Origin: Eledone cirrhosa
Taxonomy: Eukaryota
Direction: 5' to 3'
Assembly: GCA_964016885.1 (NCBI GenBank)
Contig: OZ024756.1
Coordinates: 19,654,001 to 19,718,000, forward strand
Length of the DNA: 64,000 nucleotides
Shown: positions 1 to 12,990 of the stretch, one piece after another
Layout: each line of letters begins with the position of its first letter
Position numbering within the stretch: the first letter of the stretch is position 1
The notes under the pieces: model-generated
Databases searched by the model: none
The model's input: only the letters and a program-made list of their open reading frames with translations
What the model was told of the DNA's origin: nothing
Translations under genes and position numbers: made by a program

Positions 1-1990
1 TTCGGTCCTTAACTTCTATGAGGGCCAAAACACTTGCTTGAGAGGGGTTTATTCTCTGAAGACCTTCTGCTGTCCAGCTTTTATTTACTATATCCTTCTG
101 CATATAAAACAACCAAGTGCGATTTGAGAGAGAGAGAGAGAGATGGAGATTTGGCTGCTCTTTCTAGCAAGTTAACTGACCATGTAGTGACTGACCTATT
201 GGGTTGAGAAATAGATATAGAGAAAAAAAATTGACCCCAGTACTAGATTGGAACTTTTTTTTTTATCTATCTAAAAATGATAAAAAAAACAAAGTTAATC
301 TTGGCAGGATTTGAACTGAGAGAGCAGAGAGCTGGAATAAACGCTGTAAAGCATTCTATCCAACATTTTAACAACTTTACCACTTCACTGCCATAAGAAT
401 AACTATTACACAACTGTAACTCTGTAAACCTTATCCTATAGATAGACTGCATTCCTAGTTTTACAGTTTACCTGCAGAGCTTACCTCAGTTTAATATCTT
501 GATAGCAGATATAGTAAAGCTGATGAAAAATGTGTATCGCATGTGTGATCCAACAGAGTTAGAGAGACACATACAGCATTTCATCCACCACATGCAGTTA
601 TACAGCTCTCTGGATACAAACTAAAGAGTCGGAGCCTATTACACAAGCATTGTCTTTGATTAGATATTTATATGATGGAACTATACAATTCGGAAAGAAT
701 ATTTATACTTGACAAAACGTTAACAATTCATGTCTCTGGTGTTTAGCTTTGATCTTGTTGTATTAATCTAATGAATCTCTTCTTGGACAGAAGAGAAGAA
801 AAGGTCAATCTATTGCAGTTAACATTCCACAAATAGCTATTACCATTGTTATTGTTGTTGCTGCTGCTGTTGTTGTTATTATTGTTGTTTAACCTCAGGT
901 CAGCCATAACTAAACAAACACATGATCAAAGACTACAGACATGGCTGTGTGGTTAAGTAGTTTATTTTGTAACTATGAGGTTTCAGATTCAAGCCTGCTA
1001 AATAAAACCTTGGGTTAGTCTTTCTCACCATAGACGCATGTTGATCACAGCCTTGTCATTGAATTCCAGAAGCTAAAAACTGTTAGAAGCCTGTTGGAGG
1101 GAACATTGCAGTTCTAGGGTGAAAGGATTAATACACCCCCACATGGCTCTTGGTCAGTAAATTTAATCTATTGTCCAGTCCAACACTCCCCATAGTCCAG
1201 TTTAATACCACCTGTTGTCCAGTTTAACACCGCCCTGTGTTCCAGTTTAACAGCACCACCTGGCTCTTGGGCAGTAGATTTAATCTGCTGTCCAGTTCAA
1301 CACCCCTGTTGTCCAGTTTAACACCCCCATTGTCCAGTTTAACAACCTAGCTCATGGGTGGTAGATTTTATCTGTTGTCCAGTTTAACCCTATCACTATG
1401 GCTGTTAGGTGCCTTTAGTGGAGTCCATTTTGTTATAAGCATTTGGGTTAGGTCTTCAGTCAAAGACTAACTCCCTCCTTTCCTCCCACAAGTAAAAAAA
1501 AGATGAGATAGTTATGGCTGAAATTCCTTTCATCAAAGGTTTACTCAGTCAATATTGACCTAGAGCAAAACAAAAACATAATGTAAGTACCCACAGACAT
1601 AGAGACAAAATTGTTCCCCCACCCCAACTCTACACCTCACAGTTAAAACATAGCCTAGTGTTTAGCTAAAAGAGAAAAAAAAAAATTACATCAATATTAT
1701 TTGTTACATTTTTAGTCGATTTATTTTAATTGATAAGATATCGGTCAATATATTCCTCATTGAATTTCACCAATATGCTGAATATTTAACATGCTTTTCA
1801 AATATTTAATGATGGTTTCATGTGAATTATTCAGAATGTAGAATATACTACTTGTTGGTAGTGTTTTGAATATAACACTCACTGTTGTTTCCAAGAAAGA
1901 TAAATTTTAGAAATAAATCCATGTCACCAAGAAGTTTAGAACCAGCTAGCTACCAATAGTGTAGACATCCCAGATATTTGTACTATTATT

Positions 1991-2815
1991 TTGGCAGTAT
2001 CGGTAGAGGGTCAGACGCCATGCTTTCCAGCATAGTTATGTCCCTTTACGATCTGAGTTCAAATCCCGCCGAGGTTGACTTTGCCTTTCATCCTTACGGG
2101 GTCGATAAAATAAAGTACCAGTAATGCACTGGGTAATTGCTGGCCCTGTGCCTAAAGTAGAAACAATTATTATATAAATTCATGACACCAAAAACTTTAG
2201 ATAGCTAGCTACCAATAGTGTAGACATCACAGATAACCCAACCTTAACCCAGCCAACCCGATGCATGTAAGGAAAATTGGACTTTAAAATGATGATGATG
2301 GTGATGATGATGATTTCTGGGTGGCAGTCTCAGTAAAGCATCAGACAACAGGCTTTGTGACAGAGTTACAGCCATTTATGTTCTGAGTTCAAATCTCGCC
2401 GAGGTTAGCTTTGCCTTTCATCCTTACAAGGTCAATAAAATAAAGTACCAGTAATGCACTGGTATCGATTTAATTGACTTTTCCTTCCTTTTAGCAGAGT
2501 CATTAGAATGGGCAACAAATGTTGTTCCAACTCTTTAGGTTCTGAGTTCAAATCCTGCCATGGTCAATTTAACCTTTCATTCTTCTGTGGTCAATAAAAT
2601 AAAATGTCAGTCAAGAATTGTGGTTGATGTAATCGATTTTCCCACCTCGACAAATTGCTGACCTTGTGCCTAAATTAGAAATCCTTATTTCTTTCATTAG
2701 AGGCGATGGATTGACAGAATTGTTAGAGTGTCAAACAAAATGCTTTGTGGCATTTAGTTAATGGCCCTTTATGTTCTGAGTTCAAATCCCACCAAGGTAA
2801 ACTTTGCCTTTCATC
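1991..2815 (+). mobile_element. Cluster of four tRNA-SINE copies
   Basis: B box plus body at about 2055, 2385, 2545 and 2780. Confidence 0.8.
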
Positions 2816-3264
2816 GTTCTTTATAGTTTACAGAGTGTTCGTCTACCCTAGGGTAGTTTCAGAGAAGTTGGTATCAAAGCAATTAAAGAGAAATGCAATA
2901 AACACCATCATCATCATTCATCATTTCATTTTACGTCCGCTTTTTCCCTGCTTGCAAGGGTGGGACGGGAACTGATTCTGGCTTGATTTCTACAGCTGGA
3001 TGCCCTTCCTAACTCCAACCTCATTTACAGTGAGTGCTGGGTGCTTTTTTGCCGTGGCACCTCCACGACCACTTTGCAGTGGAATGACAGGGACCCCAGT
3101 CCCTATCATCTCATTTCTACAGCTGACTAAACTGGAGCAATGTGAAATAAAGTGTCTTGCTCAAGGAAACAACACATCACCCGGTCTGAGAACTGAACTC
3201 ACAACCTTTCGATTGCAAGGCCAATGCTCTAACCACTAAGCCATGTGCTTATACCAGTGTATAA

Positions 3265-3455
3265 AAATTGTTTCTACTTTTGGCAGAAGGCCAGCAATTA
3301 TCCCAGTGCATTACTGGTACTTTATTTTATCAACCCTGTAAGGATGAAAGGCAAAGTTAACCTCAGGGGGATTTGAACTCAGACCACAAAGGGCCGTAAC
3401 TCTATGCTGCAAAGCATGGCATCCAACCTCCTACTGATGCTGCCAATCCACCACC
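3265..3455 (-). mobile_element. tRNA-SINE with TSD
   Basis: TSD accagtgtataaaaat on both sides. Confidence 0.8.
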
Positions 3456-4577
3456 AGTGTATAAAAATAAAAGACAAAAGAAGAATTAAGCATTTCTTGA
3501 CCCAGTCCTTCAATAAAAGTACATAGTAAGCATATCTTTTAGATTTATTTTCTGTAATCAATGAAGATTTCTAGACATTCCATCTGATAGCTAAACAAGC
3601 AGATTACTTTCTAGGAGATCTCAAACCAAGAAAGGAGGTGGTGGTGGTGGGGTGTCACACACCAACAACAAAAGAATTCATTCCATGACCCAAATTATTC
3701 AGAATGCTTCTACATTAATAAACATAATCCTACCTTACAAGATGCAAACAGACAGGTTTATTCCAAATAAAAAAAACACCAACGTCAAAACCTCTCTAAG
3801 AAGGCCACAGTATATCAAGGAGGGTGGTTGAGTGGGCAGGCGTAGTGGAGCGGGGTGAGGTGGGACAGGCGGGTGGAGGGTGGGGGTACGGGGGGGGGGA
3901 CGTAACAGTACTTTTAAATAAATCAATATTTGACATAATGTGCACACTTCAAGTTGGCTGAAAGTATCAATGTTTATGGCTAGAGATAATTAGCACATGA
4001 GTGGGAGGAAGGGGGAGTGAAAGAGAGAGTGTGTATGAGGAGGGAGGGAGCGGGTGTGTGAGAGAGAGGGAGAGAGTGAAAGAGAGGGAGAGTGAGAGAG
4101 AGAGAAAGCAATTTAGTAAGAAGATCATATACCCAGATTATGTTCTGGTTGATGAAGAAGATAATGATATAAAAGAACATCATCATCATCATCATCAGCA
4201 CTACCATCATCATCATCATCATCATCAGCAGCACCACCACTGTTTTATGTCTATTTCCCATTCCTGCATGGGTTAGACAGGTTGTCATTGTGTTCTGAGG
4301 CCAGACAGGTCAGATAACTGTAGCTTTCTTATACGTTTCTGGCATGGTTTCAATGATTGAATTCCCTCCTTCCTAACGCCAACCACTTCCCAGCATGCAC
4401 CAAGTGTGTTTTATGCTTTATTGTGGCCCACCATCACTATCACCTGACATGATGGGCTAGGTGCTTTTTATCATGGCACCAGAACTACCATTTTATAGAG
4501 TGGGCTGAAGAAGGCATTTATTGTGGCACCAGCATAACCACTTTACAGTGTAGGCTGGGTGCATTTATATATATATA

Positions 4578-5292
4578 CTAGCAGCACATGGCCCGGCGTT
4601 GCGGAATACCTCGGCGTTACGGAATACCTCGGCCTGGGGATGGTGTCTACATTTTGTGATAGGGTTAAGTAAAAAGGCATTTGACAAACCGAACATGTAT
4701 TTGTTGTGCTATGGTACAATGAAAGCAATAGTTACAGAGCAGTAAGCATGTGGGACTGCAGTGGTGGAGAGCATGAAGGAATTTAGTTGGATACTTTTAA
4801 GGTTACAGGCCCTAACGCAACCAAAATGCTAAACAATGTGGTCCCTGGGCAAAAATATGAAATCTTTTTCAGTCAAGAAAATTTGTGAAACATAAGTAAT
4901 GCATATGCAAAGTTTTAAAAAAATCGGTGGGGTACTTCTCGAGTTACAGGCCCTAACGCAACCAAAATGCTTTAAAAAATTGGTTTTTCGTCTAATGCGG
5001 TCCCTGGGGCAAAAAATGAGAAAATCTTTTTAAACGACATAAGTAATGCAAATTTTGAAGAAATCGCCTGGATTATTGTTCTGTTATGCCTCAAAAAAGC
5101 CTTTAAAGCCTAAAATATGCAGGTTTCGCCTAATGCGGTCTCTAGGGCATTGAAAATTTGAAATATTTTTTTGCTCAAAACACTCACACGACCATAAGTA
5201 TTACATGTGTAAAGTTTGAAAAAAATCGGTTGGGTGTTTCTCGAGTTTTAGGGAAACAGACAGACAGACATTCTCTGTTTTAGATATATAGA
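4578..5292 (-). mobile_element. Non-autonomous Helitron
   Basis: 5' TCTATATATCTAAAACAGAGAATG head, 3' CTAG with a nearby GC-rich hairpin, inserted between A and T. Confidence 0.7.
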
Positions 5293-6014
5293 TATGTGTG
5301 TGTGCAGAAAATTCAGTAAATCCAAAGAAAACCATCAGGCAGTCTTGGAGTCTGGTCTGGGGTTGCCATCCCAGATCACGAGCCAGCTGCTTGAGAAACA
5401 TTTGTAACCAGGATTGAGCAATAAATCGCCTATGTAACACCTCCACTTTGTTTTATATATATATATATATATCATCATCATCATCATCGTTTAACGTCCA
5501 CTTTCCATGCTAGCATGGGTTAGACACATATATATATATACTGTAGTAAAAGTCTGGTAGAAATATCCAAGGGTAAGAGCACTCAGTCCATAGGACGAGT
5601 TAAGTATAAATAGTTACACAGTGACATAAACAGGTACTTAAGTTACATTGGGTTCTGGGCCCCCAACACATTCAGCCTGTTAGTTCAGGCTGAATGTGTT
5701 TGGGTATTGAGTGACTGAGTGTAGAAGACTTCACACCTCTCACCTGGACAGGACACCAGTCCATCACAAGGATAATCCCCAGCTGATATCGCTGGTACTT
5801 ACTGCTCAGTTGAGAGGACAGGAGAGCAATATAAAATTAAGTGTTTTTCTCAAGGACAAACCATAACACCCTAAATTAGGGATTGAACCTACAACCTTAA
5901 AATTGTGAGCTCAACACCCTAGCCATTAAACCATGTGTTTTAACCCTTAAAAGTACTATCACTAAACTATCTCAAAATACTTCCCCTTAATGTACCTCCC
6001 CTAAACAAACATTT

Positions 6015-6260
6015 TTGGTACCCCCAAAGAGTGGTACACCCCAAATGCTGGTACACCCCAGAGGGTGGTATACCCCAGAGGGTAGTATACCCCAGAGAGT
6101 GGTATACCCCAGAGAGTGGTACACCCCAGAGGGTGGTATACCCCAGAGAGTAGTATACCCCAGAGAGTGGTATACCCCAGAGAGTGGTATACCCCAGAGA
6201 GTAGTATACCCCAGAGAGTGGTATACCACAGAGAGTGGTATACCCCAGAGAGTGGTATCC
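6015..6260. repeat. 17-bp minisatellite
   Basis: (accccagagagtggtat)n. Confidence 0.9.
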
Positions 6261-6324
6261 CCCCCTTCCCCTAAGAGTTAGGTCTGGCAAGCAACTTGGT
6301 GAACTAAGACATGGACAGTCCCAA

Positions 6325-6938
6325 TAGACAAAGACCAGCTAGGTGAGGTAAGATGTGGTCAGTTTACAGTCCAGATAGACAAAGACCAGCTAGGTGAGGT
6401 AAGATGTGGTCAGTTTACAGTCCAGATAGACAAAGACCAGCTAGGTGAGGTAAGATGTGGTCAGTTTACAGTCCAGATAGACAAAGACCAGCTAGGTGAG
6501 GTAAGATGTGGTCAGTTTACAGTCCAGATAGACAAAGACCAGCTAGGTGAGGTAAGATGTGGTCAGTTTACAGTCCAGATAGACAAAGACCAGCTAGGTG
6601 AGGTAAGATGTGGTCAGTTTACAGTCCAGATAGACAAAGACCAGCTAGGTGAGGTAAGATGTGGTCAGTTTACAGTCCAGATAGACAAAGACCAGCTAGG
6701 TGAGGTAAGATGTGGTCAGTTTACAGTCCAGATAGACAAAGACCAGCTAGGTGAGGTAAGATGTGGTCAGTTTACAGTCCAGATAGACAAAGACCAGCTA
6801 GGTGAGGTAAGATGTGGTCAGTTTACAGTCCAGATAGACAAAGACCAGCTAGGTGAGGTAAGATGTGGTCAGTTTACAGTCCAGATAGACAAAGACCAGC
6901 TAGGTGAGGTAAGATGTGGTCAGTTTACAGTCCAGATA
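6325..6938. repeat. 51-bp minisatellite, about 12 identical copies
   Basis: gacaaagaccagctaggtgaggtaagatgtggtcagtttacagtccagata. Confidence 0.95.
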
Positions 6939-7431
6939 AACAACAAAATACCTGCAATGAATTAAAGACCTATGGCTTTGTCTTTATATTTATTTCATGG
7001 ATCTAAATAATGTATTTATGAAAGGATAACATTAAAACTAGGTCCAGAAGTTTGCATTACAAACAAAAACAACAACAAAAAAATACAACAAAATAGAAAA
7101 AAAATGTAATGACGTAAAAACACAAAATATTTGTCAGCTAATTTAATTTATGTGATTGGTGGTGGTGGTGGTGGTGGTGGTGGCGAGACTATTGCTATGA
7201 AAGAATTATTGATTTCTCTACATTGGAAGAAGGTTGTAAATTGTAGAGGACAGCTATTGTGAATTGTTGTGCTCATATTAACTCATTATCCATTGTAATC
7301 AAAGGTAATTACTAGTGTTAGTGGCTACAGTAACGTAATAATCTTTTCTTAGCCTGCCCCTCTCGTTGTTAGAAGAGACTTCAGCCTCCATTAACATTTT
7401 TCATACCAAACTGATTTGAACCCACCATGTG

Positions 7432-8270
7432 TAATGTAGGCACAGGCTAGATATGAAGTGTAGGCACAGGCTAGATATGAAGTGTATGCACAGGCTAGAT
7501 ATGAAGTGTAGGCAGTGGCTGGGTGTGAAATGTAGGCACAGTCTAGATATGAAGTGTAGACACAGGCAAGATATGAAATGTAGGCGCAGGCTAGATATGA
7601 AATGTAGGCACAGGCTAGATATGAAGTGTAGGCACAGGCTAGATATGAAATGTAGGCAGTGGTTGGGTGTGAAATGTAGGCACAGGCTAGATATGAAGTG
7701 TAGGCACAGGCTAGATATGAAGTGTAGGCAGTGGTTGGGTGTGAAATGTAGGCACAGGCTAAATATGAAGTGTAGGCAGTGGTTGGGTGTGAAATGTAGG
7801 CACAGGCTAGATATGAAGTGTAGGCAGTGGTTGGGTGTGAAATGTAGGCACAGTCTAGATATGAAATGTAAACACAGTCTAGATATGAAATATAGGCACC
7901 CAGGCTAGATATGAAGTGTAGGCACGGGCTAGATGTGAAATGTAGGCAGAGGCTGGATGTGAAATGAAGGCACAGGGTAGATGTGAAATGAAGGCACAGG
8001 GTAGATGTGAAATGAAGGCACAGGGTAGATGTGACATGTAAACTCAGGTTGGATGTGTAATGTTGGCACAGGCTAGATACGAAGTGTAGGCAGTGGCTGA
8101 ATGTAAAATATAGGCACAAGGTAGATGTGTAATGTAAGTACAGGTTAAACGTGAAATGTAGGCTCAGGGAAGATGTGAAATTTAAGCACCCAGGCTAGAT
8201 ATGAAATGTAGGTTCGGGCTAGATGTTTAATGTAAGCACAGGCTGGATGTGTAATGTAGGCCCAGGAAGG
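7432..8270. repeat. 24-bp minisatellite, degenerating rightwards
   Basis: tgtaggcacaggctagatatgaag variants. Confidence 0.9.
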
Positions 8271-8499
8271 ATGGACGTAAAAACAATGATGATGATGATG
8301 ATGCTACTTGCATTCCCTACAACCAAAACCTGCAGGGCAGGGTACATACAAATCACAGCCCTATAACAGTTTGAAGACTCATACCAAATGTGCAAAATGT
8401 GTGTGTTTGGGGTGGGCTGCTTCCATATGTTTTGACTATCTACTTCCTTGCACCATATGTCTGCTTAAGCAGTATTAACAAACCATCCAGCCTCTCAAC

Positions 8500-8935
8500 C
8501 GGCCACCCAGTCAGCCAGCCCTCCATCCAACCATCCATCCAACCATCTATCCAACCAGCCAGCCAGCCAATCAACCAGCCAGCCAGTTAGCTAGCCAGCC
8601 AAGCCAACCAGCCAACCAACCAACCAATCAGCTAACCAGTTAGCCAACCAGGCCTACCAGCCAGCCATTCATCCATCCAGCCAGCCAAGCCAACCAGCAA
8701 ACTAACCAACCAGCCAAGCCAGTCAACCAGGCCAACCAGCCAGCCAGCCAAACCAACCAACCAGCCAGCCAGCCAAGTCAGCCAACCAGCCAACCAACCA
8801 GCCAAACAACCAACCAACCAGCCAGCCAGCCATCCAACCAGCTAGGCCAACCAGCCACGCAACCAATCAGCCAAACCAACCAGTCAGCCAACCAACCAAC
8901 CAGCCAAGCCAAGCTATCTAACCAGCCAGCCAAGC
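8500..8935. repeat. (CCAG/CCAA)n low-complexity tract
   Basis: Direct inspection. Confidence 0.9.
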
Positions 8936-9662
8936 TACTTAACAACCTCAATTGCAACATGACGTAGTATTTTATAGAAGCCAGTCACAACATTTCTTTC
9001 TTTAATGTTGATATCAAGAAACAAGAAACAGAAACAAATCTTTTACCAGTGTAAGACTACAAGAAGAAGATAATGTATATTTATAAAATAGAGATTACAG
9101 GATTAGATGTGGCCTAATCTGGCTAATTTAAATGCATAACTTGCAGAACCTAAGTTTACATGTCATCAACATAGAAAAAATAAATCTATCTATCATGATA
9201 GATTATCATGGATGAGGATTAAATTTAGAAAATATAAGAGATAAAAATGCAGTCATCTCTAATTGAATGGGGGAGAAAAAAATGTTAGATTTCATATTTA
9301 AAATTGTATAACAAAGGTATTTATGATAAATAGATCTTCTTCTTGTTGAGTCAGCTCTCTTTTGAAGGTGAAGCATTCATTTTGCTTTTTCAAATAGCTA
9401 GACTATATATGTGGCTCGCCATACCTGCATAAACATCCACACCAACGATGTTGTGCAAGGGAAAGGCAATGGCCAGTACAACTTGGCACCAGTGACATCA
9501 CAACGCATTTCTACAGGCTGATACAACTTGGCACCAGTAACATCACAACATATACTATACATACACTATATATACACCATATACACACTATATATGTCGT
9601 CCAAGGGAAAGGCAAAGGCTGATACAGCTTGGCACCAGTAACGTCACAACATATACTATATA

Positions 9663-10072
9663 TGAGGGCAATCCCAAAAGTAAGGTCTCCTTCCAATATT
9701 GCAACTTCCGATATTGCAACTTTTCCGTTAAAATCCTGTGGATGGTGCTTCGGGAAACCTCAGGAACCAAAATGCAGAGAGCATCCAGAGTGATCCGCCG
9801 AGCTTTACGCATGTTTTCCTCGGAAGGAGACCTTACTTTTGGGATTGCCCTCGTATATAATAACTGCGCAAAATTCGCACTTGGCGGTAGTGTTCAACAG
9901 GAGCTCCAATCTCAATGGTTGCCAAGCCAAGATTGAGCATCCCAGCGAAGCGCGCGCATGCTTGTTTGGGAGTGAAGGGAGCACCAATCACAACAGTGTT
10001 GCCAACAGCTGTACGAACAGTTTCTCTGCATCCCCATCGCTTTGGAGACCTTACTTTTGGGATTACCCTCGT
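9663..10072 (-). mobile_element. Internally deleted mariner element with three TIR copies
   Basis: TIR (c/t)gagggcaatcccaaaagtaaggtctcc with TA flanks at 9663, 9853 and 10071; transposase-like remnant RRITLDALCILVPEVSRSTIHRILTEKLQYRK. Confidence 0.75.
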
Positions 10073-10201
10073 ATATACACTATATATACACCATATACAC
10101 ACTATATATGTTGTCCAAGGGAAAGGCAAAGACTGATACAGCTTAGCACCAGTAACATCACAATGTACACTATATATACACTATATATATACACACTATA
10201 A

Positions 10202-10388
10202 AGGGCGGTGAATTGGCAGTATCGGTAGAGGGTCGGACGCCATGCTTTCCAGCATAGTTACGCCCCTTTACGGTCTAAGTTCAAATCCCGTTGAGGTTAA
10301 CTTTTCCTTTCATCCTTACGGGGTCGATAAAATAAAGTACCAGTAATGTACTGGGTAATTGCTGGCCTTGTGCCAAAAGTAGAAACAA
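10202..10388 (+). mobile_element. tRNA-SINE; further copies at about 20047-20148, 20870-21190, 23958-24073, 27516-27619, 28101-28291, 43219-43358, 62817-62995
   Basis: Same A box, B box and body. Confidence 0.8.
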
Positions 10389-11634
10389 CTATATATGTTA
10401 TCCAAGAGAAAGCCCAATGGCCAATACAGCTAGGCACCAGTGACGTCACAACATACACTATATATACACTATATATACACTATATACTCTATATATATAC
10501 GCCATATACACTATATATATGTTATCCAAGAGAAAGCCCAATGGCCAATACAGCTAGGCACCAGTGACGTCACAACATACACTATATATACACTATATAT
10601 ACACTATGTACTCTATATATACGCCATATATACTATTTATATGTTATCCAAGAGAAAGGCCAATGGCCGATACAGCTTGGCACCAATTATGTCACAACAT
10701 ACACTATATATACACTATATACACACTATATATACACCATATATGATGTCCAAGGAAAGGCAATGACCAATACAGCTAAGCACCAATTATGTCACAACAT
10801 ACATTATATATACACTACATACACACTATATATACACACTATATATGTTGTCCAAGGGAAAGGAAATGGCTGATACAACTTGGCACTAGTTACGTCACAA
10901 CATACACTATATATGTTGTCCAAGGGAAAGGAAATGGCTGATACAACTTGGCACTAGTTACGTCACAACATACACTATATATGTTGTCCAAGGGAAAGGA
11001 AAAGGCCGATACATGATACAGCTTGGCACTAGTTACGTCACAACATACACTATATATGTATATATATATATATATATACACTATATATGTTGTCCAAGGG
11101 AAAGGAAAAGGCCGATACATGATACAGCTTGGCACTAGTGATCACTAGTGATATTGCAACTCATTTCCACAGCTGAGTAAACTGGTGTAACGTGAAATAA
11201 AGTGTCTTGCTCAAGGACACAACACATCACCCGGTCTGATTGCAAGCACAACTTCTGAAATGCTAAGATCCTCTTCCTGTTATTTCAAGAGTTAAACTAA
11301 TATATTCCTTCCATGTACTGTGCCGTTTGTTTTGTTACTTTTGTTTACCTTTTACACACACACACACATTTATATATATCTATCTATCTATCTAAGGCGG
11401 GTAAAATTCCCGAGATCCATGGACGAGTTCTCTCCAGCGGTCTCTGTCCCTCATTATCGCTGCCATGTCCTGCATCTCCAACAGACCAGTGTCTGTCCTT
11501 AGGGCATCAACATACGTTAACCTTGTTATATATGTCATATATATATACATATATATATATGACCAAGGTTATATATATATGTATATATAATAAGAACGAA
11601 GTGGAGATGTTACATAGGAGATTTATTGCTTAAT

Positions 11635-11719
11635 CCAGGTTATAAATGTTTCCCAAGCAGCTGGCTCGTAATCTGGGATGGCACCCCCAGATGAGACTCC
11701 AAGGCTGCCTGATCTTCAA
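11635..11719 (-). ncRNA. 5'-truncated hammerhead with long branched helix II; other partial copies at 5337-5420 and 11742-11780
   Basis: UGAAGA UCAGGCAGC...AUCUGGG/UCCCAGAU hairpin...GCUGCUUGG GAAA CAUUUA UA; C3 and 5' helix I missing. Confidence 0.6.
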
Positions 11720-11940
11720 AGCAGTGTTAACACAACAAAAATCATGAGCCAGCTGCTTGAGAAACATTTGTAATCTGGATTAAGCAATAAATCTCCTTTG
11801 TTCTTATTGTATACACTTTGCCCTGCATCGAGTGCTGACTTTGGTTCTCTCACCAGTTTTCTTTGGATTTACTGAACTTTCTGCATATATATATATATAT
11901 AATAAATAAATAACAAAGAACGCTTATAGCATATGCATAT

Positions 11941-11998
11941 CTTTACTTGCTAACATTGTTTCATCCACACTATAAGTGGGACTCATCAGAGCATAAAG
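11941..11998 (-). ncRNA. Type I hammerhead ribozyme
   Basis: cuuua-ugcu CUGAUGA GUCCCAC-uuaua-GUGUGGAU GAAA CAAUG UU^ agca-ag-uaaag. Confidence 0.78.
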
Positions 11999-12214
11999 GT
12001 TAATTACATACCATACAAGCAATAACAAATCCAAGACATTGAAGAATGAAAGGTAATAATAGACGATAGAGGATAAGAATAAAAATATATATATATAGTA
12101 ATAATAAATGTGAAGACTAAAGTCCAAAGAGTGCTCAATAAGGATTATATATATAAAATATATATAAATCTAAAAACCCGTAGAGCAGAAAATATATGTG
12201 TATATTTATATGTA

Positions 12215-12990
12215 TAAGCCCTCTGGGAAATGACCACGCTCAGTGTGTAGGAAAGGAGTAGGTAGAAATTCCATTTTATGTCCCAAATGCAAGCTATAGA
12301 TACATAAAAGATGTAGTGGGATCACAGGTAAGCTATCTAAGAATGTAGATTTTATATGTGGCCGATGCTCAGGTGCAATAAATAGCAAGTGCCCACAGGA
12401 TACTAGCTCCTTCTATTGCCCAGATGGTTCTATAGAAATAGTGGACACTTTCTGTTACCTGGGTGACAAAATCAGCAGTGGTGGAGGGTGATCTGAAAGT
12501 ACAGTAACCAGAGTCAGAACAGGATGGAAAAAGTTCAGAGAGCTTATACTGCTGTTGGCCACAAAAGGTTTCTCTCTAAAAATGAAAGGCAGATTGTATG
12601 ATGCCTGTATACAAACAGCAATGCTACATGGCAGTGAGATATGGGCTTTGTGTTCAGAGGATCTGCGCAGACTGGAGAGGAACGAAGCATGCATGCTCCA
12701 TTGGAAAAAACATAAATGAACTAAGTGACAAATTAGGAATAAGAGGGAACAGATGCTGTTTACTTGAGAGAAGGCCACGTGATGCGCATGAAAGACGACA
12801 GCTGTATAAAAAAGTGCAGGGCGATCAAAATTGATGGATGTTACGGAGTAGGTAGACCCAGAAAAACCTGGGACGATTTGATAAATTCCGACCTTATACA
12901 CTTACACCTCTCTAAGACAATGTCACTGGACCAAGATCTTTAGCGCCACACAGTAATACAAAGCCTATGTACAAAGCAAAACCTACAGTC
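12215..12990 (+). pseudogene. RTE-type LINE 3' fragment, reverse transcriptase C-terminus
   Basis: HKRCSGITGKL...FICGRC, IEIVDTFCYLGDKISSGGG*, GWKKFREL, KGRLYDACIQTAMLHGSEIW; stops and frameshifts. Confidence 0.8.

Larger units (their letters stand above)
9447..11145. repeat. SINE-fragment-derived tandem array, interrupted by a mariner and a SINE
   Basis: Unit tgtccaagggaaaggcaa...tacagcttggcaccagt...tcacaacatacactatata; runs into the CORE-like SINE at 11150. Confidence 0.75.

Noticed and set aside
7391-8119. 242-aa Cys/His-rich ORF
   Set aside because: Translation of the 24-bp minisatellite.
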